A stretch of 64,000 nucleotides of DNA, taken from the NCBI RefSeq assembly GCF_004010195.1, contig NC_057720.1, positions 20,228,092 to 20,292,091 of the forward strand, given 5' to 3'. The notes under the pieces were generated by a model, which was given only the letters and a program-made list of their open reading frames with translations, was not told where the DNA came from and did not search any database. The stretch's first letter is position 1; the number at the start of each line of letters is the position of its first letter. Both the position numbers and the translations under genes were made by a program. The stretch is from Chiloscyllium plagiosum (Eukaryota). This document shows positions 13,101 to 25,100 of this stretch, piece by piece.

Positions 13101-16100
13101 TTTATCACACCAAGCCAGTCATGGAAGTATTTTCTCTTAAGTAGGACTCTATTCACTTCCAAATTGCTTTGACAGCCCTGCTGGCGTGCTTTATAGATTT
13201 TAACAACTCACTGAATTAAACCCTCCTCTTTATCTCCCTGCTGGCTTTTTGTTTTGCTGATTATCTTTAATCTGTGACCTTGGTTACTGACGTTTCTCTC
13301 ACTGCAAAATCACTTACCTGCTCTATGAAGACCCTCGTTAACTTTGAACGCCTCCAATAAAATCAGAAACCAACCACCTCTGTCCTAAGCTTTTCTCCTC
13401 TATCTACAGTCATTAAGTACCTTGTTGCTACTGGTGCCATGAACAGTCAGGTTTAAACTTAGCAGAAGGGTGCCTCCTTTACTTTATGTTACAGAATCCC
13501 TACAGTGTGGAAGGAGGCCGTTCGGCCCATCCCAACCATCCAAAGAGAATCCCACCCAGAACCACACCCCTGCCCTATAACCCTGCATTTCCCATGGCTA
13601 ATTCATCTAGCCAGCACATTCCTAAGCAGTATGGTAAATTTAGCATAGCCAATCTACCTAACCTGCACATCCTCGGACACAAACAAAGCGAACTCACGCA
13701 GACAATGTGCAAATTCCACACAGACAGTAGTCTGAGGTTACAATAGAACCTGGGTCCCTGGTGCTATAAGACAGCAGTGCTAGCCACTGCGACAACATAC
13801 TAGGCTGGCTCCCTCTTTATACTGCCAGCAAACCTTGAAGCTTTAGGATTCCGGCAGTGAACAGAGAAAATCTTTCTTATTTAGGACTTAGCAATCTGGT
13901 AATATTACCCCAAAATCTTAAAGACAATAATCACATTGTGTATAATACTAGAGTCAAAGGTTGATAGTCACATTGGGTTCAGTGTTCATTTCCAGGAATT
14001 TACGTGAAATTCAAAATGCAGCTGCAACTGCACTAATAGTGACAGACTGTGTGAAAATAAAACCAAATACTTTTACTTAACGAATAAAGAAGGAAACAAA
14101 AACTGTTCCAGCTCTGAGTTTTTGGTTTATTTATTCATGGGATTGCAGCATTGTTGGCTAGATAACTGAGGTTCTGGATCATTAGTCCAGTGGCACTACT
14201 GCCTTCTCTGTCAATATACTTTCATTCTTAATCCATCTTAGATCTGTGTTGAAATCTGTAAAACTATTACTTCAACCTGTTCATTGATTTGGACCATCTG
14301 CCATTCACCTTCAGCTGTCACAATATTGGTGAAACTGACACATTTACGTCCTCAGTTTTGCGACCGAAGATCTGTGCCTGGCTTTGTCAGTTATTGTGCG
14401 TTCTTCCCAGGAAATAAAGAAATCAAATATTTTCTTTGAACTTGCCAATATGAATATCTATTAAGTCACAAATCTCTATTAAGTCACTGGCTGGTCCAAC
14501 ATTTATTGCCCATCTCTAACTGCCCAGAATGCAGTCTGGAGTCACATGCAGATCAGATCGAGTCAGGATGGCAGATTTCGTTACGGAAAGGACCTTAGAT
14601 GGATTTTTCTTTACGACAATCAACTATGGCTACATAGTGACTATTAACTTTTAATTGCACATTTTATTGAATTCAAATTCTACCACCTAAACCCATGTCC
14701 CTGGAACATCATCCTATGGTTCTGGATTCAAGATTAGAATGGTGCTGGAAAAGCACAGCAGGTCAGGCAGCATCCGAGGAACATGAAAATCGACATTGCG
14801 GGGCAGGAGCCCTTCATCAGGAATGAAGGTTCTGGATTGCCAATTACATCACGCATTATATATTTAATTTTCTTCAACTGACATTCAGATAAGGACATGC
14901 CTTGCTTCTCAAGCGTGATATTGCTTGAATGTGAAATTGGCTGCCATCAACCTATAAGTTTAGGAAGCTGCAGGGGTGGGGGGGGGGGGGGGTCTGTAGG
15001 GTGGTATAGAATACCCATGTCTTGGTCTAAATAGAACAGTCACTTGTAGTTAATGCGATATAATTAATTGTTTATCAGCAACTAGTTATAGGATACATTT
15101 ATATAATTGCCATTGTTACAGAGACTTTGAGGAGGCCCAGATATTAGATCTCATTCCTTCAAGAATTTTCATTAGAAGTTGCAGCTGTAACAACATAGTG
15201 AGTTGGCATGCCCAGGCAGTACTTTTACACAGTGGTGCCTGAAAAATGGTCATAAACAAATCTTCCCACTCTATCCAGGCAACTGTTCTTTTTCCCTGTT
15301 CATACAGATTTATGTTTTCCTTCATGAAAGTCAGAAACCTATGTCTAGCTGATGATTTTCTTTCAAACGTACGGGTCCATTGACTGCCATATGATTGAAA
15401 AGCCAAGGGGAGAGATTAATCAAGGAGGATTCTAAAACCCTCAAGATCAATTGCAAGTCTATAACTTTGTTTTTGGAGATCTAATCTTCAAAGTCTGTTT
15501 GATAAATGACTTCAGCTGCCATTATGTTAACAAACAATTCTGAAATTGGAGCTCTATACCCTAGATATCATCACAACCTTTTATTTGTGTGCAGGACTCT
15601 CTTTTGATTCACTAAATCCATACACAAATGCTGAATACACTTGCAGTACATTCCAGGTAGGTTACTTTATTGCAGGTGTTGAATTGTTCAGTTCCAATGG
15701 GCTGTGTCACACAGACAGGAATGGAAGTGCACGGACATGAATTTCTTGTGTCAGGACATTGAGTAACTGCTGATTACAGAACAATCGTTTCCATGCATTT
15801 CCATGATTTTTGTTGAATCATAAAAGCCATTCTGCCCATCAAGTATGTGCTGTTCTTTTGCAGAAAAATCCTGTTAGTGCAACAGACCACCAGTCCCCAC
15901 TCCATTCTCCATAGTGTTGCAGTCGGTTCTCCCTCTATGAAGTATGAATCCACTTTCCTTTTTGAAATCCAACACTGAATCAATTTCTACCACTTTCAGA
16001 CATGGAACTACCAGCTCGAGTTGGGACAGAAAATAGTGTAACTTTGGTTGGTCTGATCTACATTAATGCATTTCTTATTAGTTATAATTATAAAGAATAA

Positions 16101-19100
16101 ATCTTTCCATCAAATAAACTACAATACTGAAGTTTTATGGATTATATACACACACACACTAACATATATCTTCTTTCACAGAAATTTGAAAATAAACAGC
16201 TGAAGATATTTTACTTATACTTATTACTGTCACTGTAGCAATAAATTAAGCGAGAACAAAAACAAAATAAAAGCAAAATACACTGTGCACAGCAAATCTT
16301 AAACAAGAAAAGCGTTGGAAACATTCAACAGGATTGACAGCATTGTGGACAGAGAAACAGTTAACGTGCCAAACATGTAACTATAATCACTATTCCTTCA
16401 CTAACACTCGGTCAGAATCCTGGAACTCTCTACCTAAAAGCAGTGTGAGTGTACCTACACCCTAAACACTGCATCAGTTCAAGAATATGGCTCACTATCA
16501 CCTTCTCAGGAATGGAGTTCTCACAGTATGCTTAGAATTCCTTTCTTACCAAATACTACATGTGACTCGCTGATGGATTTTGCAATGGGAAATAAATCAG
16601 ATTAATGCTCATCAGCAGTAAACAAGGAAAACAGCAAGGTAAAATAATTATGAAATAGTATTTTTAGCTCTTTGATTGGAAAAGACATCATTAAAAAACA
16701 ATAATTAACAGGAAGTGTTTCTAATTCAAGCTGGTACCAGCATTAGTGGCAAGGTTAAGCGCGGCGGGGAGATCAAGCTGGTGGTAGAGGAGCCCAGCCC
16801 AGTGGAGATTGAGCCCTTTTGGGGATTGTGAGGCCGGCAAAGCTAAGCACTTAAGAAGGACTTTGGATTAGAGTGGTGCTGGAAAAGCACAGCAGGTCAG
16901 GCAGCATCCGAGGAGCAGGAAAATCGATGTTTCGGGCAAAAGCCCTTCATCAGGAATGGAGGCAGGGAGAGCTGGAAGGTTGGAACTGGGGTAAGGTGGA
17001 GGGAGGGGAAATGAGGAAACTGGTGAAGTCTACATTGATGCCCTGGGGTTGAAATGCTCCAAGATGGAAGATGAGACCTAAGAAGGATTGTAATGTTGAA
17101 CTTGTTACTTTATTTCTTTGTTTTTCTACTTTATAAGAACTGCAATGTTGAACTTTTAATTTAATTTCTCTTTTCTTCGACTTTGTACTTAAGATTTTAC
17201 ACTGAGGTACCTTTGTACCTAAGATGGCGCCAGGGAATGCCGACACTGCACACCTTTCACTGTACTCCTACATCCCTGTACACATGACAATAACATCTAA
17301 TTCTAATAAAGTCTAGGAGGGTAACTGCGAATGGAATTGAAATGGATAAAAATGTTTCTAGACAAAGAAATAGATCAGGAGTGGAAAACATTTCAAATTT
17401 TGTTCAATGAAGTTCAGGAGAACTTTATTCCTAAATAAAAATCAAAAATATTGATACATTATGGATAAAGAAATAAAGGTAATGTTGTATGGGTATGTCA
17501 AGCTGCATCTGTTGCTGCAACCATGCACTTTAAGGATAGGAAACTACAGGATCTCTATGGTCTGTAGGGTAGAAGATAATCACTTCCTGGCTTAACTTAA
17601 AGTGTCTTGTTGCCAACAAGATATCATCAGCCATGCCCTTTAAGTCAACTTTCAATTATCCCTGGGACGTCTGGGTATTTGTTATGAATGTTTGCTTTGA
17701 ATGCTGCGTACACTGCTGCACAATGTAGTTTTTATTAACTGTTTCACTCACATTGTTTCATTTTATGCTGATCAGATCAAGGAGCAGCCACAGTTAATGA
17801 ATGTCTTTATTTCTTCAACTTTGTGTGACCATTACTTTCATCTCCTCACTGTTATCTTCAGGCTCGTTATTGTCACTGGAACATTAGCCTGGCTCTAGCC
17901 CTCATTTTCCTGGTTTAAAGTTAAAAATCACACAACAGCAGGTTATAATCCAACAGGTTTAACTGGTTTAAAGTCTGTGCCACAGCCTGAATGTATACTT
18001 TCCATGAGGTGTAAGATACTTTCCTAACTGAGTACAATGTTATTTAATGGGAGGCCTTTATCTCACACCAGGATTTCAGTCTTGCATTCATCTTTCTGAT
18101 CTGTTTATTCTCATGGCAATTAACACATGGTTCACTGGACTCCAGAGGTTAACAGCCATGAAAAACATTTTCCTCAGCTGCAACATTCATGTAGAACTCT
18201 GAGCTCAAAAACTGCTTGAATTTATGTAAAACTCTGGTATCTCACTTTTTAGATTAGAATCAATCTAAACATCATGGCATAGACAGAGAACACAGGGGGC
18301 TAACACCTTCAACATATTGTCTAGCTATCACCATTGTTAACAGCTAACCTGAGAATGCAACTTTTTAAAAAAGGTTTTGTGATTTACACATGAAAGAAGT
18401 GAACCTATCACTGTATTCTAATAGATGAAAGGCCTAATAGACAATCAATTTTTCAATGTATAATTTCAGTTACATCACACTGTAAATTTTTGCTATACAT
18501 TCTGTGTTACGATGGAGCCATCCACAATCACCTGATGAAGGAGCGTTGCTCCGAAAGCTAGTGTGCTTCCAATTAAACCTGTTGGACTATAACCTGGTGT
18601 TGTGTGATTTTTAATTAAATTTTTGGATGACACCAAAATTGGCAGAGTTGCAGATAGTGGGGAGGATTGTCAAAGGATACCGTGGGATATAGACAGATTT
18701 GGGAAGAAAAATAGCAGATGGAGTTTAATCTGGACAAATGCAAGGTGATGAAATGCAAGATCAAATTCAGGTGTGAATTATACAATAAATGGCAGAACCC
18801 TTAGGTGCATTGACATAGAGAGGGACCTGGATGTACAGGTCCATAGATCCCTGAAAGTGGCAACACAGGTGGATAAGATGGTTAAGAAGGCATACAGCAC
18901 GCATGCCTTCATCTGCTGGGGCATTGAATATAACAGTTGGCAAGTTATGTTACTGTTGTACAAAACTTTACTTAGGTCATATTTGGAATATTGTGTACAG
19001 TTCTGATTGCCATGCTCCAGAAGGCCATGAATGCTTTGGAGAGGATGCAGAGATGGTTTACCAGGATGTTGCCTGGTCTGGAGGGTTTTTGTTATGAGGG

Positions 19101-22100
19101 GAGATTGGATAAACTCAGATTGTTTTCACTGGAAAGGTAGATGCTGAGGGGCCACCTGATCGAGGTTTACAAAACTTTGAGAGGCATAGACAGAGTGGAT
19201 ACTGAGAGGCCTTTTCCCAAGGTAGAGAGGTCAACTACAGGAGGGCACAGGTTCAAGGTGAGAGGGGGAAAGTTTAGGGGAGAAGTGCGGGGAAAATGTT
19301 TCACACAGAGGATGGTGGGTGCCTGGAATGCACTGCCAGTGAGAGGTGGTGGAAGCAGGCACATTAGCAATGTTTAAGGTGTATCTTGATAGACACACTC
19401 TACGGGAGGTGAACGGGAGGATGGAAACCACATATGGGTAATAGTAGCAGGTCTAAATAAAGACTAGGAATCAGCTCAGGGCTGGTGGGCTGAAGGGCCT
19501 ATTCCTGTGCTGTATTGTATTACAACTTAGCTGTCTCGCTCCTTCCTCTTGGGGCAGTTTCCAGCTCCACAGTGCAAGGTTGGTATCCTGGCATCTCTCT
19601 GCAGTCTTCACTCTAACCATTATGAGTACATTGTGCCTGTTGGACAAGTCCAGTACGTGCAGGACCTCCTCTGCTACCTCCTCGGTTCCGCCTTTCCCTG
19701 TCCAATATCTGCCCTTCCCGAACCTCTAAAGGCTGCCTGTTCACTGGAGCAAGCTATACAGAAATTTCTTCCCTTACAAGCTGGAGGGCTGCTGACCCAC
19801 ATTCCAACACAAAACGACTGAGCTGCTGTGATTCAAGACAGAGCCATTTCCTCCAGATGTGGCACCAGCTCCCACATATCACAGCCCTGACATACAGCCT
19901 ATGTCATCATCACGCATCTTTACTCATTTTCTAAATTAGGAGCAATTTATTTCTAGATACCATAAAATCAAATGAGATCAAGATTAATTAGTTTATTATT
20001 CATTAGAATTAATTAGCAATTAAGGTTATTAATTGTGCAAAGCCAATCTTAATTAATACAGTTTGAATACTTTTAATAATGGTCTCTATTTTTTCCCCAC
20101 TTAGCTTTATTCAAGTCACTTAGCTGCTTAGGTCTATTTGTTTCCCTAAAGGATCGTATCATAATTCTTGAGCTAATGGATACATTAAGCATTTATGACC
20201 CAGACTCTACTATTCCTCCTGCCGGACTAAGACGTCCTTTTTCAATTTTTTCCAGTCATTTGCCTGATATCAGCTATTGTCCGCTGTCACTTCTCCTGTT
20301 AAACTGTTAGTACTGGAGGTTCCTGTTCTCTTCCACTTCTCCTGTTAAACTGGCACCTGATGCCTTTCTCAAACTCATTGAATCATTCTTGCATTGATGG
20401 ATCAGGTGAGTACCATTGTATGCACATTCCATCTTAGAGAACCAGAGCGATGTAGAAAGCTAACATTTTCCACTGTGTAAACGATCCTGTAACAAAACAG
20501 TTCCTACACTCAATGCACAGTCTAACTCTATTACATTATAGAGTCCAAGCAACAACAAGGATATTAGGGCAATTTGCCTGTAGCACACAGTGAGTAAGGA
20601 AGTACCATAAATGGAAGTATTTAGGGCAGATTAATGAAGTTGCTACAGCGACATTGGGTGAGCTCAGCAACCACATGATTCAGCGCTACAGCAAATTAAC
20701 TTCAAGTCCTTTTGTGTATCTGTCATACTGGTGTCGGGAGAAGAGAGACAGTTCAACAAAACAAAGATCCAGAATTCATGTATTAATTCCCAGTTAACTG
20801 TACGTCACAAGGAATAATTTGCACTATTGGTGCTAGTGAAATTTGTAAAATTGTGGTTAAAATAGACCTAGGATTCTTAGCAGACTTGATGCTTAACACG
20901 ACTAACAAGTGCAAAGTAGTAATCAACAAAGTGTTGAACACCATGTTGCAACTGTACAGGACATTGGTTAGGCCACTTTTGAAATACTGCATTTAATTCT
21001 GGTCTCCTTGCTATAGGAAGGATGTTGTGAAACTTGAAAGAGTTCAGAAGAGATTCACAAGGATGTTGCCAGGGTTGGAGGGTTTGAGCTATAGGGAGAG
21101 GCTGAACAGGGTGGGACTATTTTTCCTGGAATTTTGGAGACTGAGGAGTGACCTTATAGAGATTTATAAAATCATCAGGTGCATTGAGAGGGTGAATACT
21201 CAAGATCTCTTTCCCAGGGTACGGGAGTCCAAAACTGGAGGGCATAGGTTTCAGTTGAGAGGGGAAAGGTTTAAAAGGAGCTAAGGGGCAATGTTTTCAC
21301 GCAGAAGGTGGTTGCCAGGGAGGCTGGGACAACTACAACATTTGAAAGGCATCTAGATATGTATATGAATAGGAAGGGGTTTAGAGGAATATGGGCCAAA
21401 TATTAGAAAATGGAACTAGATTAATGTAGGATATCTGGTCGGTATGGACGAGTTCGACTGATGGGTCTATTTCTATGCTGTAACATCTCTATGACTCTGT
21501 GACGTGGCCAATTAACAGAATACCAGTCATCATCAGTACTATCAAGGCTCAAGTTCATATACATTTTTGGACCGCTAATTCTGACTGCCAACAAACCAGG
21601 CACTGAACTACAATGCAGATAAAAGCCAAGAGCTGATGAGTAGCATCACAGATGTGAACTAGTAGGAAGCATTTATGAAGAAAGGAGAAGGGGTGCTTAT
21701 ACAAGAGTCAAAGGTAAGAAAAAGGTAATACTATTTTTGAGGAAGGAAACAGATTCAAACCAGTAACAAAAAACATAAAGGACTGATAGAAGGAAGTTTT
21801 TCCTCACACACAAGAACCAAGTTTCAAGATCAGGAGGTGGAGGCAGAGAAATCTGGGCATCCTTTAAGAAACAATTATACACTGATGGGGTGGTAAATGT
21901 CACCTTTCTGGATGGATGAATCAAATTCACCCAGTGGCCTGAGGTTGTGAAACAATAGGTGTAAATGATACCTGTTCAGACATGCACTTCAGATCCTTTG
22001 ATATTTCTGCTGAAACCAATTGTTGCTGGTTACCTGAGCTTGTTCGCAATGATATAAGTTCCCATACCAGCAGCAATAATATTGGGGCAGTTTCCCATAA

Positions 22101-25100
22101 GCGTTACTAACACTGTTATGGAAATACTCAGGGTAGGTTAGTTAAACTGAAAGTGGCTGAGTTCTTCATCTACATGACTCAATGCTACTGTGAATCACCT
22201 CAAGTCATTTAGTGCATCTGTCAATCTGGCAATGGGAGAAAAGTAGACAGATCACTGCAACAACAATTTTCAGGTCCGGAGGCCAAAACAAGAGCTGCAA
22301 AATATTTCAATCAAGAAATTTTCTGCTTGATGCCTTGTAGGATGACAGAGTGAGGGGTAAGAAAAAGGATACTCACTAATGTTTTCTTGTGGGCAATTAG
22401 GGATGGGCCACAATGCTTACGTCCCTAGGATGAATTCAAAAATTACTTTTGCAATTTAAAAACAAACGTTCCAATATTTAATAAAATGGGAATGAGAATT
22501 CACACTCAAAGTTAACTTTTAGTGCCTGCAAGGTTGTTTAGCAATAATGGAAATGGCTATTGGGTCACATATATTGGAATGTACATATCGTGACTTTTTC
22601 TAGACAGGTTCAGGGGGTAGTGGTGACTCAAGCACCGTCACTTCACACCGTTCCATGCATTTCAATGTTGGTCTTACAGTGAAATATTAGTGTAAGAAGC
22701 TTCCAGGAGAATTAAGCAATGTAGTTACGAACTTCCTGATTTCCATGCTTAACAGTACTTGTGTGGTTACCAAAAGTTGTTGCCTATTACACTCTAATAA
22801 GAATTTTCCATCAAATCCAGCCCACAAAATCTGATTATGAATTACAAGCCGCAGTCACCCTCGCGTCATAACATCCTGTTTGTCATGAACAGGAGTAGAT
22901 TTGCAGAACCAAATGACCTCCGTTGCTTTTATTTAATATGAATGCAATATCTTTATCTGCAGATAGAGGTTATCAGCATCATGATAGCTTGGAAGTTTTA
23001 TGAAAGACTTCAATGCCAGACTTGGTTGTACAATCATGCAATTAGAGTGCTAAACTCCAGCTAAGCCAGTTTGTGGAATGCAGTCACATGTTAAATTCCA
23101 AAACACACTGATTTGCCACTTAAGCCCCTTTGCACTGCTGATGGACCTCAAACCCATGCCAGGTAGTTTTCTTCCAGAAGTTCACAGTGCAACATTTTAG
23201 AGTCATAGGGATGTACAGCACGGAAACAGACCCTTCGGTCCAACCCGTCCATGCCAACCAGATATCCCAACAACACAATCTATTCCCACCTGCCAGCACC
23301 CGGCTCATATCGCTCCAAACCTTCCTATTCATATATCCATCCAGATGCCTTTTAAATGTTGCAATTGTACAGCCTCGACCACTTCCTCTGGCAGCTCATT
23401 CCATACACGTACCACCCTCTGCGTGAAAACGTTACCCCATAGGTCTCTTTTATATTTTTCCCCTCTCACCTTAAATGTATGCCCTCTATTCTGGACTCCC
23501 CCACCCCTGGGAAAAGACTTTGTCTATTTATCCTACCCATGCCCCTCATGATCTTATAAGGTCACCCCTCAGCCTCCGACACTCCAGGGAAAACAACCCC
23601 AGTCTGTTCAACCCTGGCAACATCATTGTAAATCTTTTCTGAACCCTTTCAAGTTTCACAACATCCTTCCAATAGGAAGGAGACCAGAATTGTACGCAAT
23701 ATTCCAAAAGTGGCCTAACCGATATCCTGTACAGCTGCAATATGACCTCCTAACTCCATTTTACTCGAGATTTGTTTGGGACGTGGAACTGCACTCACTT
23801 CAGATTGCTAATATATGTGCAAACATTTGAAAAGAGCCATTATGGTACATCTGATAGCTTTCCCATTATAGTGCTTTCTTGGAGCAGTTTGCTTGCCCCA
23901 TGTTGTTGGTTCTGGATTAGTGGTGCTGCAAGAGCACAGCAGTTTAGGCAGCATCCGAGGAGCAGTAAAATCGATATTTCGGTCAAAAGCCCTTCATCAG
24001 GAATAAAGGCAGAGAGCCTGAAGCGTGGAGAGATAAGCTAGAGGGTGGTGGGGGTAGGGAGAAAATAGCATAGAGTACAATAGGTGAGTGGGGGAGGGGA
24101 TGAAGGTGATAGGTCAGGGAGGAGGTTGGAGTGGATAGGTGGAAAAGAAGATAGGCAAGTAGGACAAGTCATGGGGACAGTGCCGAGCTGGAAGTTTGGA
24201 ACTAGGGTGAGGTGGGCGAAGGGAAAATGAGGAAACTGTTGAAGTCCCCATTGATGCCCTGGGGTTGAAGTATTCCGAGGTGGAAGATGAGGCNNNNNNN
24301 NNNNNNNNNNNNNNNNNNNNNNNNNNNNNNNNNNNNNNNNNNNNNNNNNNNNNNNNNNNNNNNNNNNNNNNNNNNNNNNNNNNNNNNNNNNNNNNNNNNN
24401 NNNNNNNNNNNNNNNNNNNNNNNNNNNNNNNNNNNNNNNNNNNNNNNNNNNNNNNNNNNNNNNNNNNNNNNNNNNTGGGAGGGTGGGTTGTAGGAGGGGG
24501 GGGGGGGGGGGGGGCGTGGACCTGACCAGGTAGTCACAGAGCGAACAGTCTTTGCGGAAGGCGGAAAGGGGTGGGGAGGGAAATATATCCCTGGTGGCGG
24601 GGTCTTTTTGGAGGTGGCGGAAATGTCAGCGGATGATTTGGGGTTTATGTGCTCAGTTGCAGTAGGTTAATTAACATAATGATCATTGGCAAATTACCTC
24701 AGAACTCTCAAAGCACCTTTTAATGACACACTGTAGCCCAAAGATCTTGCCAATACCTTGTGTCTCTTTTGGTGCTTCCTACAGAAGACATGTTAAAGAT
24801 TTGTACTCACCTGCGTAGCTTCACAGTGTACACAGTGTTTTTCAAGGTCCCCTCCCATTGTAGTACAGTGCGGAAATTGAATGATATCCACGTTAGGTTT
24901 GTAACAGGTTGCTGTGAAATACCTGTAGATTTTGGGAAAAAAAGCTTATATTTCCATATATTCACCAGAAACATATTTTGCAAACCACAGCATTTTCATT
25001 GAAAATAAATCCCAGGCAGGAGTAACTTTCAACTGATTGATCTTGGCTTTAAAGTAGGTCAGAGGTCACATGATACCAGGTTATAATACAACGGATTTAT

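Noticed and set aside
14972..14993. Long G tract as a functional G-quadruplex (also about 24495-24514)
   Set aside because: Simple homopolymer, error-prone in assembly, no supporting context
20288..20352. 19-bp direct repeat with a 27-nt spacer (CRISPR-like look)
   Set aside because: Only two copies in eukaryotic DNA; a small local duplication
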